DNA from: Phoronis australis
Taxonomy: Eukaryota; Animalia; Phoronida
Assembly (NCBI GenBank): GCA_002633005.1
Contig: NMRA01000230.1
Span: 447,271 to 511,270, forward strand
Direction: 5' to 3'
Length of the DNA stretch: 64,000 nt
In this document: in pieces, positions 25,630 through 38,100 of the stretch
Layout of the letters: each line of letters begins with the position of its first letter
How positions within the stretch are numbered: position 1 is the first letter of the stretch
The notes under the pieces: generated by a model
The model's input: only the letters and a program-made list of their open reading frames with translations
What the model was told of the DNA's origin: nothing
Databases searched by the model: none
Made by a program: the position numbers and the translations under genes

Positions 25630-26559
25630 GCGACGCCACGGCTGGCCGCAGAGGTGGCGGCGCCAATGCGAAAGCTATGAGACGTATAAGCCTTGGTGTC
25701 AAGTCCTACAAAGGAAACCACTTTAGTTAACATGGAGTTGAAGCAGGAACGGGTAACCGGTGATCCACTGAGGTGTTGGAACAAGGGGCCAGGAGAGGGC
25801 TGAAAAGTAGACAAGTACAAGGTTAGGGCAGCTAGTGGGCAATGGGGAGATTGGCTGGACGGAATTGTAAGTGACACTGGTCCCGAGCTGTGCTTGAAGG
25901 TACGAATAGTGATGACCACATAATCGCCAGAGGGGGGGGGGGAAGACGACGTCGCTGACCTGTATGACGTGAGAGTAGAGTGAGGAGGTGACTGTGAATT
26001 CACCTACCCTCAGGAAGGCATGGAAGGCTAAGAGGAACATAGCACGTGCGAGAACCGAGTCGGCAAAAGAGCCGAGTACAGAAGGGCAGGCGTCAAACAA
26101 GCGGTGAAGCAAAGCGGATGTAATGGACATGCGTGTGTCAGAAGAAGGGCGCAGATTGGAGGTGCCTTTTAGGATTTTTTGATGAAAAAGGAGGAAGTGG
26201 GGTCAGGGAGGTTGTCAAGCTTGTGGACAAAACTAATGGCAGAGACATAGGACTGGATAGACGAGCTACTAAGGCCAGATTCGAAGAGATGAGAGATGTA
26301 GAGGGCCAGGAAAGAGGTATTAATGGGCAAGGTGAGCGGAGAGTTGTTAGAGGAGAGGTGAAACTGTGCGAGGTTACGCAGGATGCGGGTGTAGGACTGA
26401 AGAGTGGAGGGGGCCAGGGAAGCCGGGAGCAGTCTGGTCACTCTGTCAGGAGGTGCTGTGGGATCGGTGTCGGATGAGGGCTGAGCCAATAACCCTGGGA
26501 AAAGGCGACCTGAAAGTTGAAACGAGAAAGTGCGTCAGCGATGATGTTATTGTAGCCGG
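25040..26559 (-). mobile_element. DIRS-type tyrosine-recombinase retrotransposon, 3' part (frameshifted YR ORF)
   Basis: SLAPSTLQSY..SIQSYVSAISFVHKL (SAM-like domain), LLAFHAFLRVGEFT, CPLAAL..GPLF and YTSHSFRIGAATSAA..IQRMGRWKSDA. GC-rich and cut by the N at 26560. Confidence 0.93.
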
Positions 26560-26597
26560 NGAGATGAGTAATGCAAAATAAACCCTAAGGACTAGTA

Positions 26598-27119
26598 TCA
26601 AAATAAGGAGACAAGTGTCAAAATAATGACGATAAATGCATTTAACAAGTTGAATTTAATTTGTACAGAAAGATCTTGAATATTATGTTTTTTGGAATTG
26701 AAATGATTACCTATAGTATCAGAAATGATTTTATGTATTATGATAAATCTATGATTACGAAACCGAGTTTGTAGATTATGCTGAGTTTGTCCTACGTATT
26801 GGATAGAACATTTTTTACAAGTTATGAAGTAAATAATATTGTTGGTGGTGCAATCAGAATAATGTTTTATTTCAAAGTTTTCATTGGTTTGGGAAGACTG
26901 GAAAAAAGTGCTATCGTTGATGAAGTTACACATTTTACACCTAGTTTTGTTACATTGTGTGTTGCCAATAGGTTTGTCAGTTTGGTGTATATTGTCGATA
27001 TTAGCTTTAACTAAATATTTTTTTTAGATTTTTACGTTTTCTAATCTAAAAAATATTTAGTTAAAGCTAATATCGACAATATACACCAAACTGACAAACC
27101 TATTGGCAACACACAATGT
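26598..27119 (-). mobile_element. Penelope-like element fragment (GIY-YIG with Cys motifs) ending in a fold-back
   Basis: CNFI..DCTTNNIIYFITCKKCSIQYVGQTQHNLQTRFRNH; the upstream end is an inverted duplication. Confidence 0.85.
26952..27119. repeat. Near-perfect inverted repeat (arms ~78 bp, loop ~12 nt)
   Basis: acattgtgtgttgccaatagg...aaatattttttttagatt is mirrored by aatctaaaaaatatttag...cctattggcaacacacaatgt. Confidence 0.95.
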
Positions 27120-28084
27120 GTGAAACACTACTGTTTTCTAACTGAGGAGGAGCCATCTGAGGTCTACATAACGGTAATTGGTCTAAATCAAATCAAAAAT
27201 TGTGTTTTGACACACTGAAAGCAGGATTTTTAACATTTGCTCTTTACCCGGAAATAGTTTTTAGTGGGCATGGGAGGCAGTGCATTAAAATGACCAACAG
27301 AGTCATTGAATCTTGGTAACAAGCATGTTGAATTGTTACATAGTCCACATATTCTAAGTAATTAGACCAGTTTTGGGACATTAAGTTTAAGTGGACTGAA
27401 TTGAGACATTTTGGCAAGCGTCTTTGACCAAGTTGTTATATTTTCATGACTCATCCTAAACCAGCTTGTTCCCTCTTGCACACAATTGAGTACTGTATAC
27501 TGTATATCGGTGATCTCTATACATGTAGTAATGAGAGCGAGAAAGCGTCCGCTTGATCCGGAATCAGAGATTTAGCGGACAGCAATTAACGTAGGCGACA
27601 TATACGTGTAGTGGTTCATTAATTTAAAAACAGAGGAATAGATCCCATTGTCAACCCTCGCACTGTTTGATTGGGTCAAGGTCACTAATTTGTTTTAGCT
27701 TTTTGACATCCAGTCTGAAGGGATCGCAACTCCACCGCTTTTATCAGTCGCAGCTACGGACCATGCAGCCGCGGATTTCTCGGCAAAAAGCACTGGGAAC
27801 TGTATGGGACATCTTTGATACGGATATTTCAAGAGGATTGTCATTACTAATCCCACCGTACATGTACATTTGATAATTCTGGCACTACGATAACAAGAAA
27901 AGGATCAAAACGCGGTTTCTATCGACTAGGTTGAAATCTCCAGTCCGCATTACGTGGGATCTGTGGGCGGCGCTGAACGTCTGTCCAAAGACGAGATCGC
28001 CGTCTGGCGGGTTTGAAAATTTCAATAAGGCGCGGCAATTTTGAAAGTCTTCTAATAGCCCGGCCACAACCGAACACTCCTTAC

Positions 28085-28248
28085 CCGCCGTCGATTGACA
28101 CGTAGTTCAGGCTTGCCAAAGACGACAGATCGTCCCAAGGGTCCTCTAGCAGTCTCCCTTTTGCGAAAAAGTTAGTTTTGGTAGAGCCTTGTCCGTTGAA
28201 AACCACTTTCATCACTTCGCTGCCGCCCGTGTAAAAGGCAAATTTCAC
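28085..28248 (-). CDS. PAN-TSP1 gene copy A, exon 3
   Basis: cccag|GTGAAA...GGCGG|gtaagg, 164 nt open frame: VKFAFYTGGSEVMKVVFNGQGSTKTNFFAKGRLLEDPWDDLSSLASLNYVSIDG. Same length as the paralogous exon at 48102-48265. Confidence 0.88.
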
Positions 28249-29563
28249 CTGGGATACAAAACATGTTGGATAGAGTGAATTTCAGCCTAGCTTCGGAAGC
28301 ACGCGTTTAGAATCAATAAACACGGTTGTTGATGGCATCATGGCGGCTGTTCTGTTGCTCAAGTTGTTTGCCGAAATCCAATTAAATCTATGCCTAAAGT
28401 TTAAATTAACCCTACACGTAGGCCTATGTACATGATAAGCTATGGCTGACGATGCACAAGGTGTCATAAAGCTGACTAACCAGGGCCCAAGGTCAAATCT
28501 TTAGTTTACTCGAAATCGAAGTCGAGATTATTTTTGACATTTTTTATTCTACTTTGGGCGAACTCACCCGGTACAAGTGTGTCATTCTATTACGTGAACG
28601 GTCTAGTCTAATGTAGCACTTGATGACCCCCTACTGAGGCTAATACTTGGAGTCTGAACTCGACATTTCACTTTTGTCTCGAGTGTGTTGCTCTAATCTA
28701 GGGGTCATTAAATGTGAACCTTCCCTTGATCTCATATTCGTGATATGCAAAAGTATTTGAACGTGGGCGAATCTCGATATGATAACCACTGGCACAAACA
28801 CGCGTGTTTTATTTTCTGAAAGCAGAAAGCACAGAGGGTGGTGCGTAATCGACGGTAGAAAGCCTGTAGAACATGTTTGTTTGGAATTCCAATCTGGTTT
28901 TCGATTGAGTCACGTGACCATGTCTTTTTTGTTGAAATTTAGCAAAAAGGTACATTGATAGCAAAACATCAGTATCAGTAATCTGATTAAGTGCTCAAGA
29001 TGAGATCTCAAAAACTGTGTTTAAAATATCGTTTTGTTTTATACAAATTATTAAAATACTATTTTGGATATCTCTTCATGGAGCATTTTAAAACCAATTC
29101 CTAAAAGAATTTTAGAGAAAGATGCCTAAAATATAGAATCTGAAAGTTTCATGTGAATCTAATCGGCTATTTCCGAGAACTTCTGATATGATTTCCAGAA
29201 TTTGTACATGTTAAGTTGCTGGGGTCTCACATGCATTTCCCTGGTAAAGTCTTCCAACTGCAACCTTAAAAGTGCAGTTCGCCTTGTTTAGCTGACTAAA
29301 CTAGAATATCGATTCAGGCCTTTTGCTTTCATTAATTTAATCCCAGAATGCCTCCTACCGCGATAGAATTACGTTTCCGTCATAAAGTCATTAGTTACAG
29401 TCAATGCGATGCGCCTGTTTTCAAATTCCATATTTAGGTTGGAGTTGGTTTTGAAATTCTTGTTGGTAACGGAAGTAGAATCCTTTCTTAACGAGGCTGC
29501 ATATTAAAATACCGGTTTTGTGAGACTTAACTTTAAAAGACCTAATTCGAGTTTCGTTTAATC

Positions 29564-29721
29564 CAGGGGTGGATCCAGGATTTTGAGTTGGGGGTCCAGG
29601 GCAAAGTATTAGACAGGATTTTGCCCTTCAGACATTCGCACCTCCGAACTACCAAATGTAATCTGGGAGAATTTTAGGGGGCGGGCCTGTCCCCTTTGGC
29701 CCCCTTCTAAGACCGCCACTG
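29564..29721. mobile_element. MITE-like element, CAG(G/T)GGCGGAT family
   Basis: caggggtggatccaggattttgagttggggg ... ttctaagaccgccactg. Confidence 0.7.
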
Positions 29722-30456
29722 CGAATTGCAGCTGCTACATGTATTAGTTACCCAAAGCTATTTAACTTCAGCGTTAAAACTTCTATTGACGGAGACCATA
29801 ACTAATTGATAGCTCTGCGCATAGTAGGCTCAAATGTACATGGCAATCGATAAATATAATTAAAAGGTTTTCAAACTGGGTTATTATATGCCGTCAGGTC
29901 GTGTTACTGATGACGAAAATGTGACTAATATGACGTTTTTCTCTAGTTAAGGTGGGTCATTATATGTGATTGACGGTTTTATGAGTGAAACTAATTTATA
30001 TTAGCGTACGATTTCACCAAAAAAATTCTGCCGGTGCCATAAACACTATGCGACTATATTTTATTACATTTAACAAGGTTTAACCAATTACAGTTATTCG
30101 CGTGAGACCTGTTTTAATATACCAATTGGCCTAGATAAAGTCTTAGATTCTATGGCCTTAAGATCATTTGGTGGCTAAGTACAGTTCTGATGGCCTGCTT
30201 GGATCATTTAGGAAAATTTTAAAAATACACTATTCGTACAGAGCTTGTTTCAAAGCGGATTTTAGCTGTCAAAAATAGGTTCATGGATATCTAGAGGACT
30301 GATCTCACTGGATGATGGCTCTCGGATATCCTTCCGTGCAGCAGCAGACGGCAGGATCACCGTCCCCAAAGTTTTTAGTTCGAAAAAAGTAATCGGAACG
30401 TATTATGTGACAAATAGATGCAGAATCAGTGAGAAATAATAACAGTGGCTTATTAC

Positions 30457-30794
30457 CTTTTGTACGTTTAAACTCGACCAGTTTTCCACTATGGAGCTCT
30501 TGTAGTGTGCAGACGACCCACTGTTCGTTTGTAACATGTCCGCAGAAGGTGATGACGTGTAACCGCTGCCAACCCATAAATCTCGAGCAGACGACCCAAT
30601 GCCTTTACTTCCTTTAAACACCAGAACCCAGGGACACTCCTGTTCGTTGCAGGTTTCACTGGCACTGCTGTTTCCTTGACAAGGTTTCCCTTCATACTTC
30701 GGCGGAACGCAACTGCGGGTCCTCGAGCGGGTTCCTTCATTACAAGTTGCGCTACAGGCAGACCACTGACCCCAGGCGCCCCAATACCCGTCCT
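30457..30794 (-). CDS. PAN-TSP1 gene copy A, exon 2 (TSP1 repeat + start of C-terminal domain)
   Basis: ttgtag|AG...AAG|gtaata. Reads EDGYWGAWGQWSACSATCNEGTRSRTRSCVPPKYEGKPCQGNSSASETCNEQECPWVLVFKG..HYKSSIVENW. Splice phases fit exons 1 and 3. Confidence 0.92.
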
Positions 30795-33305
30795 CTACAA
30801 CACAGAAATATATTTATTCGTGTGTGCATGCAAAAATTCCAAGTTTGTTTTCGTCTGGATGACGATCATTTGTCAAAATTTGGCCTCATTATGTACCGGC
30901 ACTGCTTTGTATTTCAAGTCCAACTTGTCCGCTAGACATGACGTCACGGATTGGGCCCAGTCGAGCAAAATTCAGATGTCAACCCTAAAAGGAATAATAA
31001 TGCTTGGGCCAGTTTCACTGCGTTTTAAATTACTAATACATTGGAAATGTATTACCGCTGTGTGGACCGGGTTTCAAGTACGAAAATCCCCAGCAGTTTC
31101 CAGACAGGGAGAAAAATAACCAAGGCCTCGGAAATTACATGTATTGACAATGTACATCTCTGTTCCTAAGGTCTAATTGAACAATAAGCCATTACTGAAC
31201 ATCCGTGTAATTGTGATGCATGACGTCAAAAGCACGAGTGTAACAATGACAGCGTGATGCGAAGTAGGGTTTACGTAAAGGGGTAAAGTAATGATGACGA
31301 TTTTAGTCATTTAGCTCATCGTGGAATGTGCGGTACCGCCGGTTTGATGTTTGGAGTTCGAAAGATTGGAATAAGAGAGACAACCCCCCTACACCTCCCT
31401 CTCAGTAATATCTGTGGTTTTTTGTAATTAGTGCTTTGGTGGGTCTCGGGCGCAGCGCTTGGTATTTGAATGGTATTTCACGGCAATGTTATCCATATAA
31501 ACGAGATCAACTTGTTTTGCCCCTGTATTCGATGACGACGTGCATCTCGCAGAAACGGACCCAGCCGGTCCGATTTGCAGCAGGCATTCGACTGGATACA
31601 ATATTCGTCAGTTTCGTACGACGTTATCATGCATATTCAGTATATGTATATATGTGCACAATGAAAGCGCTCTGAGGAGCGACACTTACATGTAGAGAAA
31701 TCACATAATTTTTTAAGGCGAAGTCGACGACGAAACTTAGAACACCAACAATCATTACTCCGACGCCTATTACGCCAACTTTTTTTAACGATTAACTATT
31801 GAAAGTGCATTGTAGAGTCAGTCAAGAAATGACAGATATATAAGAAAATCTCGAATTATTCCAGAACGATAAGTCGTTGCGCATTTTAGGTAGCGCATTA
31901 GAAGATCTGTTTACATACCAAATGTGAAAATTTCGGTCTAAGAGCTAGAGCTCCGAAAACATAATTCGAAAAATGGCCGTCACGGAGCCATTTTCTTTCC
32001 GATTGCACCCAAAAACCAATTTCTCGAATTCTTGACTTGATAAACGTTTTACAGTAAATTTCACGTCGATCATACGACAAATGCGATCTCTAAAACAAGT
32101 ATGGCAGGCCAACGAAGTGCAACTAGAAATTAGTAAATAAATGAGCAGTCAACTAAGTGGTAAATATCGAATACCGCGAGAATGTAGCGAGAAACGAGTT
32201 TCACAATGGTTATAGCGCTTGACAAAAATCTATCCACATAACCAAGTTTAACACAGATCTGTCAAGGGACGTCGAAGATACGACATAAGATCAGTCATTG
32301 GGAAAATTTGGAATAACTCGAGAACCGTAAGCCATAGAAAAAAACGAATTACACTTTCACAATAGCTCTTGAAAAGATCTGTCCACAGAAAAAAATCCCA
32401 AATGTCCCACTAGAAACAAAAGAGTTATCGTGATGCCTCTGCAAAACAAATTAGCCTCCACAGCGCCATCTCGCGTCCGAATTCAATTAAAAACAATAGG
32501 CTCCGAGGTATTCACATTAAACATCTTTTTTGTAAACTCCATAGTAATAGAATAAGAAATACGACGTGTAGAGTGCGAACAAAGAATCAACTGAAGCAAA
32601 CATAAGACAAATGAATTATGACAAAGCAAAAGACACGGAGAAATTTCATTTCACCTAATAATAAAGTCACACGGAAATTGGCAACCATTGTATAGAGCAA
32701 TCTCAACGGCGACTACATGTACAAGTGTGATGGACCGTAATCAAACTTTCACTCCGCGCACGCCTGAAAACACTTACATGTAGACGAAAGGGAATTCTTC
32801 CACGAGAGCGAAACGCTTGCAAATGATAGCATAATACCATAAATGTACACAGCTTTACTCCCATAATACTCGTAATACAGTTTAGAGAATACTTATACCA
32901 GTGGATAATTGTAGGTGCACGTCCCGCGTCAATAGCGTAACTATAAAAATTTCATTGACAGCGCACTATCAAGGGCCAACGGGCGCACTAAAACTATTGT
33001 AATTTCGAATGATTTTGTCTTGAATAATCCACCTCTCCTTCAGAATCTAATGCAATTACATTATCGAGCAGCTGATCACAACTACTCTCAATAGACTTGA
33101 GGCCTCTTGTCGTCAGATTGACACCGGAGCCACGTATTTTTCCATGTAGCACGTACATGTACATGTATATGTACAGTAACTCAAATTTTCCGCGAAAACA
33201 GTTACTTTAAATATGGTCTAAATCTGCAAACAGGTTCTCATAATTATTTAAGATTGAGCGCAGTATGGGTTATCTACGCCTGTGTGCGTTTTTTGTCGGT
33301 TAGAG

Positions 33306-33500
33306 CAGTGGCGGATCTAGGATATCACAAGGGGGGCCAACATTTTGTCCGGCTGTAAGCATTTGCGCAAACCACGATTGCAGATGCGCATAGCACCGAA
33401 TGGGGGGAGGTCGGGAGGGGGGTTTGCCTAGGAAATTTTTCTGTTTTTTCCTCAAAAAGTCAAGCATTTTCCTTGATTCCTGAAGTATTATCCAAGAAAA
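33306..33500. mobile_element. End of a MITE-like element, CAGTGGCGGAT family
   Basis: cagtggcggatctagg..ggggggcc; absent from the paralogous position near 62941. Confidence 0.6.
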
Positions 33501-33544
33501 AAGGCAAAAATAAAAAAAACACAGAGAACGTGCCAAACAGGAAA

Positions 33545-33597
33545 AACTCACGACCTGGTGGATAGAGCGCGCGTGTTTTACCACTACACCACCACGA
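33545..33597 (-). repeat. Truncated tRNA-derived SINE head
   Basis: Minus strand reads GTGGTGGTGTAGTGGTAAAACACGCG..GGTCGTGAGTT: an A box and the start of a B box, with no 3' half. Confidence 0.45.
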
Positions 33598-34776
33598 TTT
33601 AACTCCTAATCTGATACTAAAAGACTTACTTGTTTATGGTCCACAGCGTTTGCGCGCGAAACCTACTTCTTTTTGTAATGCTTATTACACGTTTTGTGCA
33701 ACCGGTTCGTAACAAATTTGTTGTATTTAGAATAGTCTTCAAATGCCCAAAAGACCAAATCCGTTTTTCGTGTTGGCAATAATGACGGGATTGCTTTGGA
33801 AAACGTCTTACGTTAAGATTTGACAAAGAGGGAATTATGAGTTTCTGAGTGATTCACTAAGGCTTCGATTATAATTCACATCTTACCAGCAGCTTCTGTT
33901 TTTTCATGGTCATTCAGGTTCCATTTTCTTGCCTGGGATGTCGCGGGAGAGCCTATACTTAGCCACAGTTCCGTTNAAAATTATAGGACCATAAAAGTAT
34001 GTTTTCTGAGCCTTAATAACTTAATCGGCAGCTCGATTACAGCTGGCGTGTTATGAGCAGTTATAGTGAAGATGATATATAGCATGATGAAAGTGTTGGA
34101 AAACGCGTTATGATTGGAACGAAACAGATATTTTCTGCCGTTCTCGCACCTGTGCTATGAAAACATCCAAGCAGTAGCTTGTGGTTTTCATGGAGTGGCG
34201 GTCGTTGGCTAGTATGGACTCAGGTATCGTCAATAACGCTATTGTGAACTAAGCAAGTCGAGACAGTGATGTGTGTTGTAAAAACTGTTCCATTTGTCGA
34301 TTCAAGAAAGGAAATTGAAAAAGGCTTTATGAATAAAGAAGACGGGAAGAGGCAGTTAGTACTTTAGGCGTAATTTCTAAAAACTAAAATAAAACGGGAA
34401 ACTATGTCGCATACATGACCATATAAAGGTGTATCCATTGTTCACTTTGTTTTGCTTTCTTAAAATAAAGATAATGACAAACATTTATCGATAACGAGCT
34501 GACGTGCGCCCAAGGTATGATATCCATGAGACCTGTATATTTTATGTCCAACATATACGCAACAAAGGAAAACAATGGAAGTGTCCGATAGGCTATAATC
34601 ATGCAGCAAGCTTACGCCCGTTGCATAGATCTCTCAAATTGAACAATACCTTGCGACCTCCATGCGACAGCATTTGGCATGGCGGGGATGAGCAAAACAT
34701 TCTTGATTGCGTTGCAAATTTTTTCGTTAAGTCATAATATTGAAACAGAGCAGGAGCGGTGTCCACTGAAACTCAC

Positions 34777-35110
34777 CGATTTCGTACGTATGGTAGCTAG
34801 TCCAACCAACAGCCGGAGCTGTTACCATCAGGTAAGGATCTACAGCGCCATTACTGATCACGCACGTCTTGTTGGCGACACAGTAGTTCATAAACGTGCA
34901 CTGGTCAGCATACTCTAACAGGCAAAGCTGAGAACACAGGGAAAGTCTCCTGACTTGCAGACTTCTAGTGGAATTCGTGCTGGCCACGAAGCGGGCGTCG
35001 TCAAGATACCTGGTAAACTGCACAAGATTTTTTGAAGAAACAGGATCAAACGCAAAAAGGGCTTGAATACACACCAGAATCCAAATATACAGAGCACACG
35101 AAAAATCCAT
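34777..35110 (-). CDS. PAN-TSP1 gene copy A, exon 1 (signal peptide + PAN/apple domain)
   Basis: MDFSCALYIWILVCIQALFA signal, then LSLCSQLCLLEYADQCTFMNYCVANKTCVI (PAN Cys spacing). Donor ATCG|gtgagt is phase 1 and joins AG of exon 2 to give Glu. An alternative ATG lies at 35134. Confidence 0.87.
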
Positions 35111-38100
35111 GTTGGTCTTGAGCCGAAGTGTCATGTTACTGGAGCTTTCTGCTCTTGAAGCAATCTATGTAATCGATTGCATTGTTGACCCAAGCGCGAA
35201 ATCGATCGCATCTTAAAAAATCCTTGTAATCGTGTTTGGTCACAATTCTTTCTTTATTGGCAAAGGTTCAAATGACTAACATATCACACCCGTGCTCCCT
35301 TGTTTTGGAGCGTTCGTTGTGACAATCACAACGCCAAGAATGGTTAACAGTCAAGCTAAGCTCTTGCTCTGTACACTGCTTCACGTCAGTGACGTAATTG
35401 TTTAACACAGGTTTTGAATTTTTATTTTGACTGACCAATAGTAGTCCAAGTCAAACCGAAGTTCCGAGGGCGAACTGCATTGACTGGAAGAGCACACCGA
35501 AATTATACCGAAGCACGGGTGGTTACAGGAATCATTTGTCCCTTGAATATATACTAGAAGGCGAGAACAACAGTGTGCGACTTTAACATTGATAATAACC
35601 CGGCGGGTTGATCGATATCTCAGCTGGATGTCTCGTCAAAACCCCATCTTCAATTTAATATCGACTAACAAAGTATGTTCTACACGGTGCACAACATTTC
35701 CAATCAGTAAGTGTGACGGGAACTCGTAATTAAAGTCATTAGAAGTTGCCACACAACGACAGTGTTTCCTACCCCTTTGCAAATTTCCCCGAGACTGATT
35801 ACATATTCTTCGTTTCTGTTTTTACAACAAATATTATCGACTTTGGACCACTACTCACATACTTTTCGAATGCCCTCGTCATATGTTATGCACGAGCATC
35901 GATTATTGAATTTCTTCGCCCATCGTTATCGTCCATTTCCTACGTGTACTTACACATTGAAGTGAATTGATTTGAATACTGAAAATAATATGCGTGTATG
36001 GATAGCTAATATTAGCTACTTGTTCATAAATGTTTTAACATGACGTGTTGCCGTATTGAACCATGGGCTCAGCAAGCCTCCAGCTTAAACTGCTGCACTT
36101 TGATTTTTTCAGAATTGTTTACAAAACAAATAGCCAATGTTTATATCGCCATGTAGCAAGCAATGAACTTAGGCCTACATCTCTTACTGGCTGTTCTCCT
36201 TGTCGACCTCTGGGCTAAAATGCCTCTTTGCGTGATGTGCGACTAGTGTAGCAATGTCAGCGACAATGGGACACATTTGCACAACTTCTCCCCCCGTCAC
36301 GTCGTGTGCCGTGCTTGGAATAGATCCACGACAAGGCCTGGCGACAAACTTTCCCGACTCGCCAAGATCTGTTTTAGGCTTGGTGCAAAGCTGTATACAA
36401 AATCTACAGCTTCGCGTCGATGTGGGTAAAAAGGGCTAAATAAAATCTGACTCAGAAATAGTGTCATTAAAATCTGCACCGCTCTTTGAGTAAACCAAAT
36501 TATTTACCGGTGTTGGAGAATTATCGTTCTACCGCTCATCTACTGCTAAAATTGAAGTGTACTGTTGGGAGTCGACGTTTGCGATTACGTCACCTGACCT
36601 GAACAGTTTCGTTTCCCCCGGTTTATTCTTCTATCAACTTTTCTTTGCTGCCACGAGATCGAGTACTGTCACAACAAATTGTCGGAACTGGTTTCATTTC
36701 GTAACAAGTTATTAGCACTAATTACACAACTCAAAAGGCGAAGAGTAATGCCAGAAAATGACGTTTATTAGATTGTTCTTCCCGTAAACGACTGGCAACG
36801 GGCAAGGGGAGTGTCCGAATTGTCTCCGAGATTTTGCATGCACCCAGGCCGTCGGCCGTTGGCTCTGCGATATAAGTTTCACGACGAGGTGACTAACACA
36901 ACTCATACACGGCCTGTATGAGATTTAGTCTATAGTCTATGGTTTAACAAAGCTCAATTCACAGTGTTACCTTGCTGCATTTTAGTCTTCAAACAGCTAG
37001 CTGGCTGGCTACAAAAAAAATCTGCAGTGTGCACTTCGACGTTTCATGTTAGTGTTCCGACCCAAAGTATAGGGAATCCGGCCCAAATTCGAAATATTCT
37101 GTCTAATTTGGGTCCTTCACGTAGGCCTAACGGAAATCTGATGCTGAGTTTAAAACGTTCAATTGGTTACAAATTCTTACAATTAGGTATGTTTTCATGC
37201 AATCCAGACCTTATTTCGTAGTTTTAATTTATTACATACACTCATAATGTTGTGTTGCTATTAAATTTTCTATTTTTTTAGGTTGACCAAGTCAAAATTG
37301 AGGCGATTAGGCTACGGGTTGCAGCATTTCAAGGCGAATTATTTTGAAAATTGAGTTTCTAATATAAAGTTTTCAATGAATTTGATTATAATTGCGTTGT
37401 ACGAAAAGATCAAGCTGATATGTGTTGCAACGTTCCCAAGTATTTTGCACCAAATTAAACGGCCTATTGTCGCCTATACCAATACGGGGACACACTTGAC
37501 AGCCGCCCGTAGGCCTATTGGAATCGCGCAGCGTTCGCACCTTCGGCTTCAAAAAGACATGAATGCAAAGTTCCTAACATTAGACTTTTTGTATCAAGCA
37601 AATTCCTCTTTATAATAAAAATTGTGAAATTGCTGATAACAATTCAGACGAAGCGTTTTGTTTTTCCGGCTGTTCCGACGCCCCCAGCCACACTCCCGGG
37701 GATTCCCATAAGGGCCCGTATTAGAATATGAGCTAAATAATTGAATAAAAAATTCTAAAGGTAATGATTTTGATCAATTTTAATATTAACTGACTTGAAA
37801 TGAAAAATTATTGTGTTTTCTTGATTTTCCACATATTTTGCACTAAATTAAATGGCCAGTCATCGCTGATTCCAATACTGTGGAGACACGGTGATGAAAG
37901 CCAAATTCGTGGTAATGAAGATGTCATAGACTTCTATTGGCGCGAGCGCCGTCTCAAGTTTTTTTTTTTGGCACTAAATGGGGTTCGTGATGGGGCTACT
38001 GTATTGTCGAAGGCCTACTTAATTAACGACTGGGGTATGCTATGACATAGTATTTTGATGTTTTTCATCAATAAATGTGTTTTAGATGTAAAAATAGTCA

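Noticed and set aside
25458-26489. Phage integrase or horizontal transfer from bacteria
   Set aside because: The motifs and context are those of a eukaryotic DIRS tyrosine recombinase.
26133-26581. Plus-strand Gly/Arg-rich ORFs
   Set aside because: Antisense shadows of the GC-rich DIRS ORF.
35250-35440. Promoter of copy A (CCAAT boxes, CRE-like cacgtcagtgacgtaa)
   Set aside because: The position is plausible, but the motifs are too short to support without transcription start data.
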